Below are positions 46,891-56,356 of a DNA stretch of 64,000 nucleotides, one piece after another. The notes below the pieces were generated by a model, which worked only from the letters and a program-made list of their open reading frames with translations, had not been told where the DNA came from and ran no database searches. The stretch comes from Clostridia bacterium. Lineage in GTDB: Bacteria > Bacillota > Clostridia > UBA1212 > UBA1255. The stretch lies in assembly GCA_016287565.1 (NCBI GenBank), contig JAEFAM010000002.1:7648-71647 (forward strand). The letters are read 5' to 3'. Both the position numbers and the translations under genes were made by a program. The stretch's first letter is position 1. Each line of letters begins with the position of its first letter.

Positions 46891-48657
46891 TCATCCGAAT
46901 TGAAACTGTATGCGGCCTGTTTTTTCGTCGGACGAGGCTATCACGACTTCCACCCTGTCGCCGTATCTGAAAGTCCTGCCGGTGAACCGCCCCTTGGCGA
47001 TGAGCCGCTTGGGGTCGAAGACCATCTGGTCGGGCATATCGGCGTAAAAGAGCAATCCTTCAGCGGAATTGTCCAGCGTGATAAAGAGTCCGAAAGACGT
47101 CATGCCGGAAACGGTGCCGACGAATGATTCTCCCAGGAAACCCGCCATGTATTTCGCGGCAAGCTTGTCCGTGTACAGCCGTTCCGCCCTTTCCGCTTCC
47201 CGCTCGGCGTCCGATGACGCTTCCGCCGCTTCTTCCGCGTCGGGGAATCTTTCCCTGAGCGTGGCGGGCCTGGCGCCGTAGATCGATTCTTTTATCACCC
47301 TGTGTATGTACAGATCGGGATACCGCCGTATCGGCGACGTGAAGTGTGTGTACTTCTCGGAGGCCAGGCCGAAATGGCCGCGGCACTCGGATGAATAAAC
47401 GGCTTTTCCCATCGACGTCAGCGCCAGCGTCTGGATCAGGCGGCCGGACTTCGACTCTTTGGTAGAGTCGATCATATCGGAGATCGATCCGGGTATCAGT
47501 TCCCCCCTGCGGGTCAATAGCGTGTACCCGAACCGGCGGACGGTGGCGTCAAGTTCCTCCAGCTTTTCTCTGGTAGGCGCGGGATGGTTCCGGTATATGA
47601 ACGGGACTCCCAGCGCTTCGAAATGGGCGGCAACGGTCTCGTTGGCCAGCAGCATGAATTCTTCGATGACTCCGTTGGCGAAAGTGAGTTCCGCGGGATA
47701 CACACCGTCGGGCTCCCCGTTCTGGCCTATGGAGATCTTGGTCTCGGGAAATTCGAAATCCAGCGCTCCCCGCTTCTTCCTGATGGCGCGCCGGAGCTCA
47801 GCCAGGGCCTTCATATCGGTGAGCATGTCTATATATGGCGAATAGGCCTTCCGGAGCTCCCGGCAGCGTGGCTCCGGCCCTTCGAACAGGTCGTAATATT
47901 GCTCGTAGGTGATCTTGTAGCGCACGTTCACGACGCTCTCGAATATCTCGTGGGAGACCACTTCTCCCGAAGGGTCCAGCTCCATCGACACGGAGAGCGC
48001 GAACCTGTCCTCCCCCACGTTCAGGCTGCAGATGCCGTTGGACAGCTCTTTAGGCAGCATGGGAAGGACCTTGTCCGGGAAATAGACGCTGGTGCCACGG
48101 CGGTAAGCTTCGTTGTCCAGGGGGCTGTACTTTTTTACGTAATGGGCAACGTCGGCGATGTGCACGCCAAGGAGCCACCCGCCGTTGTCCGTCCGTTCCA
48201 GCGAAACGCCGTCGTCAACGTCCCGGGTGTCCGCTCCGTCGATGGTCACGATCACCTTGTCCCGGAGGTCCCGCCTTCCCTTCGCCAGCTCCGCCGCGAT
48301 CTTCTCCTCCGTCAATACCTGAGGTATGGCCATGGCTTCCGCCGCTGCCTTTTCGGGGAACTCCCTCCTGGAATAGAGCAGCTCCTCAAGCTCCGCCAGA
48401 GGATCCGCAGCCTGGCCCGAACGTTCCCTGCCCGCCGTAATACCGGCGCCGGAAACAGGCCTTGCCCCGGATGCCCTCGCCGCACCGCTGCCGTAAGCCG
48501 CACCCTTGCCGGACCGGCCAGCAACGAAACCGCGGCCGCTGCTCCGGCGGCTGCCCCCCGAGCCCGTGCTGCTTCTAGCTTTATGCGCCACCCGCCTGCC
48601 CGAAGCCGCAGGTCCCCGGGAACCGGAACGTTTCTTTCCGTAATTTGTCTTCTTCAT
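46891..48657 (-). CDS. rnr: RNase II/R-family 3'-5' exoribonuclease (RNB plus S1 domains) with an Arg/Gly/Ser-rich N-terminal tail in place of cold-shock domains
   Basis: RNB motif VIVTIDGADTRDVDDGVSL, and a C-terminal S1 domain (GTVSGMTSFGLFITL). The first 90 aa are low-complexity RGS-rich. Confidence 0.75.
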   Translation of the reverse strand: MKKTNYGKKRSGSRGPAASGRRVAHKARSSTGSGGSRRSSGRGFVAGRSGKGAAYGSGAARASGARPVSGAGITAGRERSGQAADPLAELEELLYSRREFPEKAAAEAMAIPQVLTEEKIAAELAKGRRDLRDKVIVTIDGADTRDVDDGVSLERTDNGGWLLGVHIADVAHYVKKYSPLDNEAYRRGTSVYFPDKVLPMLPKELSNGICSLNVGEDRFALSVSMELDPSGEVVSHEIFESVVNVRYKITYEQYYDLFEGPEPRCRELRKAYSPYIDMLTDMKALAELRRAIRKKRGALDFEFPETKISIGQNGEPDGVYPAELTFANGVIEEFMLLANETVAAHFEALGVPFIYRNHPAPTREKLEELDATVRRFGYTLLTRRGELIPGSISDMIDSTKESKSGRLIQTLALTSMGKAVYSSECRGHFGLASEKYTHFTSPIRRYPDLYIHRVIKESIYGARPATLRERFPDAEEAAEASSDAEREAERAERLYTDKLAAKYMAGFLGESFVGTVSGMTSFGLFITLDNSAEGLLFYADMPDQMVFDPKRLIAKGRFTGRTFRYGDRVEVVIASSDEKTGRIQFQFG

Positions 48658-48765
48658 TTCAAACGCCCCTCCTTAGAACTCATTATCCCGGGAACAGAAA
48701 AAAGCCGTGACTGAAAACTGAGCCACGGCCGGTGATTTTAACGTTACGGATGAGCCGGTATTCTT

Positions 48766-49029
48766 TCAGATACCGCCCAGAGCGCGGATGAGCACGCTCA
48801 TGACCACGGCGATGACCGCGAAGCTGACGCCCAGAACTATGGTAAGTCTGGCGAGGAACTTGTCCTTGCTGAGATTTCCGCCGCTCTTGGAATAGAAAGA
48901 ATCGGTGCTCTGTCCGGTAATGGCGCCGCTGAGTCCGTCTTCCTTGGACTTCTGCAAAAGGATAATTACCACCAGGCCGACGCTGATGAGCAGAAAGAGT
49001 ATACCTAAAATCGTAATTAAAGCTTTCAT
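48766..49029 (-). CDS. secG: Preprotein translocase subunit SecG
   Basis: Two TM helices with a Gly/Ser-rich loop (LLQKSKEDGLSGAITGQS). Start at ATG 49029 with GGAGGTG Shine-Dalgarno. The track's TTG start lies within the SD. Confidence 0.75.
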   Translation of the reverse strand: MKALITILGILFLLISVGLVVIILLQKSKEDGLSGAITGQSTDSFYSKSGGNLSKDKFLARLTIVLGVSFAVIAVVMSVLIRALGGI

Positions 49030-49113
49030 TAGTTGCTGCACCTCCAAAAGTGAAACATAGGAATTTTACTCACGAAGAGCAGGTATGTCAAGCACTTTTT
49101 TGCCGTTGTTCGA

Positions 49114-49142
49114 TTGAATTTTTTAAATTATTGTTTTATAAT
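49114..49142 (+). promoter_or_regulatory. Sigma-70-type promoter TTGAAT-N17-TATAAT upstream of 49208..50077
   Basis: TTGAAT at 49114-49119 and TATAAT at 49137-49142. Confidence 0.5.
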
Positions 49143-49207
49143 GTGTGCGCGAATGAGGCCGGGCCTGTCCGGCGCCTCGAAACGGTAGAGACAGCTGGGA
49201 AGATAAT

Positions 49208-50077
49208 ATGTTTGCCAACCGGAAAATTGCCCGCGTAAACGGGAACGAAAACAGAAGATTCGGTACGGTATGCCGCCGGACCTTATTAGTATTGTCCTCG
49301 CTGCTGCTTTTAGCCGCGTTCTTTGCCGCGCCGTTCACGTCGAACGTTATGGCGGACAATAAAAAGAAGATCGATTTCTGCGACGGCACGATGCAGAGCA
49401 ATCCCCGGCCTTTCAACTACTACGGGAGCGTGGGATTCAGGTTCGAAATACCGGAAGGATTCAAGCTGGATCAGTTCGACCTCCTTGCCTGCCCCACGTG
49501 GGGAGAACGGGCCAACGCCGGATTCACGGCGGATATCTACCCCTGGAAGGGCTCCTATAAAGAATCCGTCACCGGCTACCCTCTGGACAGCTGCGTCATT
49601 ACACAGCACAGGGACAATGCCGGCATAACGCTCACTTACGACTACGTTCCCGCCGGCGAATACCTCATCCACATCTACAAATTTACAGATACGATCGGGA
49701 CCTGGGAATTCGTGGCGCTCCCCGAACAATACGCTTCCACATGGGCCTACTACCAGGACGGCGTCGAGGAGATCGAATACCTCCCGGGGACCAGCATGGT
49801 CGTCAGTTTCGATAAGAACCCTCACGAGGTCTATCCCCGGACTCCGGCGCCCACCGAAGAACCTGCAGGCGACGGCGCTGAAGATGAGCAGGCTACCGAC
49901 GTACCGGTACATACCAGGGAAAGGATAACCGAGGAGCCGAAGGAAGCGGCAGATGAGAAGCGCTCCGGCGCGGGAGGCATCATAGCGGGAACGGCGGTGG
50001 CGCTGCTGGCCGTGGCGGCGACGCTCGTAACGATCGGAATTATTGTCCGCAAAGATAAAAAAGACGCGAACGTTTAA
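49208..50077 (+). CDS. Surface-anchored protein of a local paralogous family (signal peptide, conserved about 110 aa domain, acidic linker, C-terminal TM anchor)
   Basis: Domain FNYYGSVGFRFEIPEGFKLDQF...YDYVPAGEYLIHIYKFTDTIGTW is homologous to the second domain of 50120..51394. C-terminal TM IIAGTAVALLAVAATLVTIGIIV. Confidence 0.6.
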   Translation: MFANRKIARVNGNENRRFGTVCRRTLLVLSSLLLLAAFFAAPFTSNVMADNKKKIDFCDGTMQSNPRPFNYYGSVGFRFEIPEGFKLDQFDLLACPTWGERANAGFTADIYPWKGSYKESVTGYPLDSCVITQHRDNAGITLTYDYVPAGEYLIHIYKFTDTIGTWEFVALPEQYASTWAYYQDGVEEIEYLPGTSMVVSFDKNPHEVYPRTPAPTEEPAGDGAEDEQATDVPVHTRERITEEPKEAADEKRSGAGGIIAGTAVALLAVAATLVTIGIIVRKDKKDANV

Positions 50078-50119
50078 TAGTTTAATAGTAATTCGAATAA
50101 AAGGAAGGAAGAACGAAAA

Positions 50120-51394
50120 ATGAAAAAAATCTGTGCGATCATTGTCGCGGCAGCGATCCTGCTGGGCCTCTTCGGAGCTGTAAACGCAGGGGCAGCCTCT
50201 TCGTACGTCAGCCAGGACGATTTCGACGGTACCATCCGCGGACAGGCGCTGGACATCATCAGAGGCGACGGCGTGGATCTCTACACGCCCGGCCAGACCG
50301 GCGACTACCTCGTCAGCACGAAGAACACTATTTACGGACCTTACCAGACCGTTACCATGCGCGGCTGGATCGGCGTTGAAGATACCGAGATCAAGCAGTT
50401 CGGATACGTCATCGGCGACGGCGAGCCCGTGTTCAGCGACGATTTCTTCACCGAGACCGAAGCCGCGGTGCTTGGAGCCGGCGGCGACTACGCGCTGCGT
50501 TATATGGTGACCATGGACGTTTCCGGCCTGGGAGAAGAAGAGACGCTGCTCATGCCCGTAGTCAAACTTGAAGACGGCACCGTTCTGGCAGTCACCTTCA
50601 ACCAGATCAAGTACACCACCAAGCCCGAGCCCGTAGAAGAAAAGCCCGTCATCATGCAGCTGAACAACGGCAACACCAGCACGCCCTTCAACTTCAGCGG
50701 CCATATAAGCGTAGGTTACAGATTCACCATTCCCGAGGGATACAAGCTCGATACCTTCACCGTGGTGCAGTCCCCCACCTGGAACGGCCCCAACACCGGC
50801 ATCGGCCTGATCGCCTCCATTTACAGATGGGTCAACGACGATTATGAAGACACCATCGACCAGGATCCCCTCGGCGTATTCGAAGAAGAGGATCACAAGG
50901 ACAACGCCAACCTGATCGTTTCCTACGACTACATCCCCGCCGGCGAGTACCTCATCGAACTCACCGAATTCACGGGCAACATCGGCGGCTGGATGGCTGC
51001 CCAGAAGACCGCCGAATACGAGGATATGTTCCACGCCTACGTTGACGAAGAAGAAGTGGACGACTGCGTGCTCGTCAAGATGTCCATAGTGGTGGACAAC
51101 GATCCTCCGGCTCCCACGGAAGTTCCCACCGAGAAACCCACCCAGGCGCCTACCGAAGTTCCCACCGAAGATCCCGCCACCGAGGCTCCCACGGATGCTC
51201 CCGCCACCGAAGAACCCGCCACCGACGCTCCCGTTGCCACCGAGAAGGCCGACGACGATACGGGCGACAAGGACAATAAAGACGAGACCAAGTCCGGCGC
51301 CAATACCGGCCTGATCATCGGCATCATCGCGGCACTAGTCGTAGTGGCAGCCGTCGCGGCAATCATTATCATCTCCAAGAAGAAAAAGAAATGA
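50120..51394 (+). CDS. Surface-anchored two-domain protein of the same paralogous family
   Basis: Signal peptide. Domain A (QTVTMRGWIGVEDTEIKQFGYVIGDGEPVF) resembles 58942..60186. Domain B (FNFSGHISVGYRFTIPEGYKLDTF...YDYIPAGEYLIELTEFTGNIGGW) resembles 49208..50077. PT/E-rich linker and C-terminal TM plus KKKKK. Confidence 0.6.
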   Translation: MKKICAIIVAAAILLGLFGAVNAGAASSYVSQDDFDGTIRGQALDIIRGDGVDLYTPGQTGDYLVSTKNTIYGPYQTVTMRGWIGVEDTEIKQFGYVIGDGEPVFSDDFFTETEAAVLGAGGDYALRYMVTMDVSGLGEEETLLMPVVKLEDGTVLAVTFNQIKYTTKPEPVEEKPVIMQLNNGNTSTPFNFSGHISVGYRFTIPEGYKLDTFTVVQSPTWNGPNTGIGLIASIYRWVNDDYEDTIDQDPLGVFEEEDHKDNANLIVSYDYIPAGEYLIELTEFTGNIGGWMAAQKTAEYEDMFHAYVDEEEVDDCVLVKMSIVVDNDPPAPTEVPTEKPTQAPTEVPTEDPATEAPTDAPATEEPATDAPVATEKADDDTGDKDNKDETKSGANTGLIIGIIAALVVVAAVAAIIIISKKKKK

Positions 51395-51420
51395 TAGATC
51401 TTTTTAAGATCTGAAAACGG

Positions 51421-51456
51421 AAAGAGCCGCGGGTCCTGCTCACGGCTCTTTTTTGT
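51421..51456 (+). terminator. Rho-independent terminator after 50120..51394
   Basis: AGAGCCG-13 nt-CGGCTCT followed by TTTTTTGTGTTT. Confidence 0.65.
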
Positions 51457-51792
51457 GTTTGTTCCAGCTGCACGAGCAGTGTCTTCGTGAGGCCCGTGCC
51501 GCTGCTCAAAAACAGATTGTTTTTAAATCGCGCGAATGTTAAAATCGCAAGCGTAAGAACGTTAATAAAATGCGCACCAATAATTGATATTGGGCTTCTG
51601 TATTATTTTGGTATTGTTAAAGAGGTTGGAGTTGAACCGAATTATTATGATAGTGATACGATTTACTTTGCTGTAACGATAGTGTACTGATGCCTTCAGA
51701 AATAGTATAGCATGTTATCGAACGAAGCGAAATGGTTACAAAGGTTTCACAACACAATCGACAGACATTCGCAGAAAGGTTGGGGTATAATA

Positions 51793-52134
51793 ATGAAAAA
51801 AATAGTATTAGCAGGATTTATTTTTATAGTACTCATATCTCTGCTTCTCATATTTGTCCTGATAAAAAGCGATAAGAAAGGTAATATAATGAATATGAAA
51901 GAGTACTATAGTATGGAAGATTTTGATTCAATTATCATAAAAAAATCCACATATAAAGATGTCTTTGAAATTGCCCCTATTGATTCAATGCAAATAACAT
52001 CATATGGAGGATTTTGCATATTTCCAAAGAAGGATGGGGGTTACATTCGAATCGATTTCGTGGGAAATGATTTGATTGTGATCAATATTACGGAAGTAAA
52101 TAGTGACTGCCCAATAACGAAAAGCATCAATTAA
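51793..52134 (+). CDS. Small hypothetical membrane-anchored protein inside an AT-rich island
   Basis: MKKIVLAGFIFIVLISLLLIFVLI N-terminal TM. About 30% GC against roughly 60% for the window. Confidence 0.45.
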   Translation: MKKIVLAGFIFIVLISLLLIFVLIKSDKKGNIMNMKEYYSMEDFDSIIIKKSTYKDVFEIAPIDSMQITSYGGFCIFPKKDGGYIRIDFVGNDLIVINITEVNSDCPITKSIN

Positions 52135-52441
52135 GTATTGCAAAATATGTGGATATCGGATCTATATAGGAGTTCTCTCATTTCAAGTTGTCTTCACATT
52201 ACTTTATTACCAATGGTTAATGCGCGTTACATTAAAGAACCCGTTATCTGCAAGATTGTCTTCCTATCGATTTGATGTCACTTCGGCGGCATAAACTAAT
52301 CTCAAGCGATGATTCACGCCAAGATTTACGCGCTGGATAGGAGAATGTATTATATTTTTCAACGAGTATATGATCGAACTATCACTATGAAGTCGCCGTT
52401 TTTTGACACGAACGACACCGGATTGATGATGCCGGAGGCGC

Positions 52442-53974
52442 TTACGGAAACGTCATCTGCTCCATGAAGGCGTTGACGAAGAAGCTGTCGGTGGAAAGCT
52501 CCAGGACGTTGACCCGGTCGGTGAAAGCGCGGATCTCGTCCCGGGCGGCAGCCGAGAGCAGGAGCATCACGGCGCCGGCAAGGGCGGCATTGCCCGAAAC
52601 GTGCACTTTACGCACGAGCGCTTCAGGTATCAGGCCTATCTTTCCGGCGTTTTCGACGTTCAGGAAGCTGCCGAAACCTCCGGCTATATGGAATATTTCC
52701 ACCTCTTCGAGCCCGGTGAGCGCGGCGTGGAGCAGCGACAAAACTCCCGCGTGGATGGCGCTTTTGGCCAGCTGCACGGCCCGTATATCCTTCCGCGTAA
52801 GGCAAACCCCTCCGCCGATTTCGGCGCTCTCTTCTTCCATATATCCCGTCTCGTCGACGAGCTCCAGTTCCCTCAGGCAGCTCACCGCGTCCACCAGTCC
52901 GCTTCCGCAGATGCCTTTCGCCGTAGCTCCCCTCTCCTGGCCTATCACGTGGACTTGAATGGCGCCGCTCCCGTCGACCGCTGCCCGGTCGATGGCTCCG
53001 TCGAAGCCTCCCATGCCCGAGCTGATACCGGCTCCTTCAAATGCCGGTCCCGCTGCGGTAGAGCAGGCAAAAAGTTCCCCTCCCGCGCAAAGCACCATCT
53101 CTCCGTTGGTGCCAATATCGGTGAGCAGTTCGCATACCGCGCCGTTCTTCCCCAGATCCGCTAAGGACGCGCACATAACGTCTGCGCCTATAAAGGCAGC
53201 GGCGCAGGGAGGCAGATAAATATCCGTATCAGGCTCCAGGCAGGTCAATTCCAGCTGCCTTGCCGCATATGTTTTTCCAAACAGTTCTTTCGGCAGGAAC
53301 GGAGCGTGAGTGAGAGGTTCCGTGTCAACGCCCGCAAAAAAGCTCAGCATCACCGTGTTGCCCGTAACCACCGCGCCGTCAATATCCCGGCTGTCGATGC
53401 CGGCCTTGTCCGCCAGCTCTCTCACCAGCCCGTCGACCGCATTGCGGATGGCCTCCGTCAATTCCTCTCCCGCTCCTTTAAGGGCCGCTTCCATCCTGGA
53501 CACCACGTCCGCGCCGTAGCTCGTCTGGGGATTTGAAGCGCCTCCGGAAGCGGCAACGGTCCCGTCCGGACGGCATATCACCGCCGCCAGAGTGGTGGTC
53601 CCTATATCCACCGCCGCGCCGTACTTTTTAAAGACCGGAGCGCGCTCGAACTCGGGAAGCTCTCCGGATATGCGTATGACTTCCCCTTTGCCGCGGCCGG
53701 ACCTGGTCGCTACGGCGCAGTCGCCCGTAGCCCTCGTGAGGCAGGCCAGCCGGACTCCCTGCTCCAGCTCGTCGGCGGAGAGAAGTTTCCGCTCCTCTTC
53801 CGTAACGGGAGAAATGTCGCCTTCAGTCACTATGATCCTGCATTTTCCGCACTTGCCGTGACCGCCGCAGGCAAAAACCGGAGCGGCTTCCGGGCAGCGC
53901 TCTCGCAGCACGTCTCCCAGTTTCCGATCCGGTTCGCACAAATATTCAGTTCCGTCGATCTTGATCCTGATCAT
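52442..53974 (-). CDS. RACo-type reductive activator of corrinoid proteins (N-terminal 2Fe-2S ferredoxin plus ASKHA ATPase domain)
   Basis: Plant-type ferredoxin Cys pattern (CGGHGKCGKC ... C) followed by ASKHA phosphate motifs (AVDIGTTT, DIGTNGE, AGGFG). Confidence 0.75.
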   Translation of the reverse strand: MIRIKIDGTEYLCEPDRKLGDVLRERCPEAAPVFACGGHGKCGKCRIIVTEGDISPVTEEERKLLSADELEQGVRLACLTRATGDCAVATRSGRGKGEVIRISGELPEFERAPVFKKYGAAVDIGTTTLAAVICRPDGTVAASGGASNPQTSYGADVVSRMEAALKGAGEELTEAIRNAVDGLVRELADKAGIDSRDIDGAVVTGNTVMLSFFAGVDTEPLTHAPFLPKELFGKTYAARQLELTCLEPDTDIYLPPCAAAFIGADVMCASLADLGKNGAVCELLTDIGTNGEMVLCAGGELFACSTAAGPAFEGAGISSGMGGFDGAIDRAAVDGSGAIQVHVIGQERGATAKGICGSGLVDAVSCLRELELVDETGYMEEESAEIGGGVCLTRKDIRAVQLAKSAIHAGVLSLLHAALTGLEEVEIFHIAGGFGSFLNVENAGKIGLIPEALVRKVHVSGNAALAGAVMLLLSAAARDEIRAFTDRVNVLELSTDSFFVNAFMEQMTFP

Positions 53975-54531
53975 ATATCGAACAGCACGCCGCTGAAATA
54001 AGTGACCGTATTCTGACCGTTGATATATTTCATCCCGGCCGCAGCGGCCAGTTTAGAAACGTTGACGCCGTACGTCTCGAGAGAAGCCATTGCCAGGTCA
54101 GGATGGCGGCAGGGCTCGTCCGTCTTCTTTGCGCAGACTTCGCAGACGCGGCAGCCTCCGGCGCACAGAAACAGCTTCCGGTTCACGTTCAGCTTCTCCG
54201 TCAGCGCCTTTCTCACATTTTGAGTGAGTTCGTTGTGGTACACAGAAGCGGCCATCATACCCTCGATGTCGAAGCTGTCTTCCAGCTCGTTCACCGACTG
54301 GTACACCAGAATATAGCTGTAAGACCTGAGTCTCTCTATGAGCACGTCGATGTCGCCGGCATCGGGAGGACACATCCAGCACCTGCCGTAGTTGCCGCAG
54401 GTGTTCATGGCGCAAAGGTCCCTGAAAGAGCGGTCCGTTTCAACGTCTGAGACAGGTATCACCGAGGCCCGGAACGCTCCCAGTTCAAGCGTCAAGTCGC
54501 ATATCTTCTTGAATATACCCTCGTTTTTCAT
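53971..54531 (-). CDS. Cys-rich predicted metal-binding protein (DUF2284-like), commonly found beside corrinoid methyltransferase genes
   Basis: Cys clusters CGNYGRCWMCPP and CAGGCRVCEVC. Overlaps both neighbouring genes by 4 nt. Confidence 0.5.
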   Translation of the reverse strand: MKNEGIFKKICDLTLELGAFRASVIPVSDVETDRSFRDLCAMNTCGNYGRCWMCPPDAGDIDVLIERLRSYSYILVYQSVNELEDSFDIEGMMAASVYHNELTQNVRKALTEKLNVNRKLFLCAGGCRVCEVCAKKTDEPCRHPDLAMASLETYGVNVSKLAAAAGMKYINGQNTVTYFSGVLFDI

Positions 54532-55169
54532 GCGGTAAGGAAGGATTTGGCCACGTCCGCGGCGCTGGCGGCGTCGGGAGTGTACGCGTCGGCTCCGATC
54601 TTCTTGCAGAAGGCGTCGTCAACAGGAGCGCCGCCGATCATGATCTTGACCTTGTCTCTGATTCCGGCTTCCTCCGCCTTCTTGACCACTTCTTCCATCA
54701 CGCCCATGGTGGTGGTGAGCAGCGCGGACAGGCAGATAAGCTGGCAATCCTGCTCGATGGCGGTGTTGATGAACGTCTCCGGCGCCACGTCGGTGCCCAG
54801 GTCGATGACTTCGATGCCCTTGCCTTCCAGCATCATCTTGACCAGGTTCTTGCCGATGTCGTGGAGGTCGCCCTGCACGGTGCCCAGGCAGGCACGGCCG
54901 ATGGACTGGACGCCGGCTTCTTCGAGGTAGGGTTTCAGCATCTGGGCGCCCTGGTTCATTGCCCTGGCGGCGATCAATACTTCGGGCACGTACACTTCTC
55001 CGGCCTTGAATTTGCCGCCAACAATGTTCATGCCGTCCAGCAGTCCCTCGTTCAGTATGGTCTCGGGAGAGATACCCTCGTCCAGCGCCTGCTGTACCAG
55101 TTCCTTTACGAGCTTCGCTCTGCCTTTCTGAAGGTTCTCAGAGATGTTTTTTAAAAGTTCGGTATTCAT
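54528..55169 (-). CDS. Cobalamin-binding corrinoid protein (MtaC/MtbC/MttC type)
   Basis: B12-binding DxHxxG motif (GDLHDIGKN) in a Rossmann domain preceded by a helical cap. Confidence 0.8.
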   Translation of the reverse strand: MNTELLKNISENLQKGRAKLVKELVQQALDEGISPETILNEGLLDGMNIVGGKFKAGEVYVPEVLIAARAMNQGAQMLKPYLEEAGVQSIGRACLGTVQGDLHDIGKNLVKMMLEGKGIEVIDLGTDVAPETFINTAIEQDCQLICLSALLTTTMGVMEEVVKKAEEAGIRDKVKIMIGGAPVDDAFCKKIGADAYTPDAASAADVAKSFLTA

Positions 55170-55201
55170 GGTCAGTCTCCTTTATAGTGTCGATACCGTA
55201 T

Positions 55202-56320
55202 TTAAATGCGTATTTTCTTGATCTCTTCGGCGTAGTATTGCACCAGCTCGAATTTCGTTCCCGGCATGAGCCTGTGGTCGGGGCAGGGTATGAAGCCTCC
55301 CAGCGCCGTCAGGCGTTTCATCCGCTCTATCTCGGCGTCCACCGCAGCCTTGTCACGGCGAAGCGCCGTCTTGTCCATGCCTCCCACGCCCAGCACTTCG
55401 TTGCCGAACTGTTTGCGGGCGGGTTCGAACTGATCTCCCCAGACGCCCACTTCTATGGGGAACATGGTGTTGACGCCGTTGCCGACCCACGTGGGCAGCA
55501 GTTTCCCCACCACTCCGTCGCAGTCGAGGGATATGATGTCTATCCCGTACTGATGGCAAAGATCGTTGCGCTTTTTATAATGTTTGGCGCAGAGTTCATC
55601 GAACAGTTCCGGCGCGATCAGCGGCCCGTTCTTGAAGCATATGTCCTCCCAGTAATGAGCGAAATCGAACTTTGCTCCCGTCTCCAGGATGGCTTTGGCG
55701 CACTGGTACTGCATCTCGGCGTAGGTGTCGACGATATCCGCGAACAGGTCCTCGTCTTCGTCGTACATCAGGTAGCTCATGCCGACCACGGTGCAGATGT
55801 TCCTGATATTGCCCATGACGGAGCCCAGATGGAGTCCCAGGGGCCTGTCGTAAGGCCGCTCGTCGTTGAGCTTTCTGAACCAGTCCAGGTTGACGCGCTC
55901 GGGTTTGAATTCCATGCGGTGCCTGTACTGGGTCTCGAAGGTCTCTCTGTCTTTCAGCAGGTAGTCGTCTTCTGAGGGGATCGAAGTGATGCCGGGTTTT
56001 ACACGCTCGATGTTGCCGTCGCCGTTCTGCACACGCACGGTGCCGTCGGGAAGCGTCTCCACGACCTTGCACTCGAAGGGAGGCATCAGGTGGTTGGCGG
56101 GGCCGGCCATATTCTGCCAGTTAAAATCCCAGCCTATGAGCCGCTCGAGCTCCCGGTCCTTCTCGCTGCCGTCGTAATTGCCCTCGGCCAGTTCCGCAGG
56201 TATCTTGCCCTGCTCCGCCCATTCTTTCAATAGCTCGGGCCAATAGCCGAAATGCACCGCCGGAAGCCTGTCCACCGGTTTAAAATGAAGTATATTCAGA
56301 GCGCGTTCCCTGTTGGTCAT
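55202..56320 (-). CDS. Uroporphyrinogen-decarboxylase (UroD/MtaA)-family methyltransferase
   Basis: UroD-like TIM-barrel pattern. N-terminus MTNRERALNILHFKPVDRLP is paralogous to the next gene. Confidence 0.7.
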   Translation of the reverse strand: MTNRERALNILHFKPVDRLPAVHFGYWPELLKEWAEQGKIPAELAEGNYDGSEKDRELERLIGWDFNWQNMAGPANHLMPPFECKVVETLPDGTVRVQNGDGNIERVKPGITSIPSEDDYLLKDRETFETQYRHRMEFKPERVNLDWFRKLNDERPYDRPLGLHLGSVMGNIRNICTVVGMSYLMYDEDEDLFADIVDTYAEMQYQCAKAILETGAKFDFAHYWEDICFKNGPLIAPELFDELCAKHYKKRNDLCHQYGIDIISLDCDGVVGKLLPTWVGNGVNTMFPIEVGVWGDQFEPARKQFGNEVLGVGGMDKTALRRDKAAVDAEIERMKRLTALGGFIPCPDHRLMPGTKFELVQYYAEEIKKIRI

Positions 56321-56356
56321 ATCTCACCACACTCTTTCCGGGTCAACGTTCCCGGC

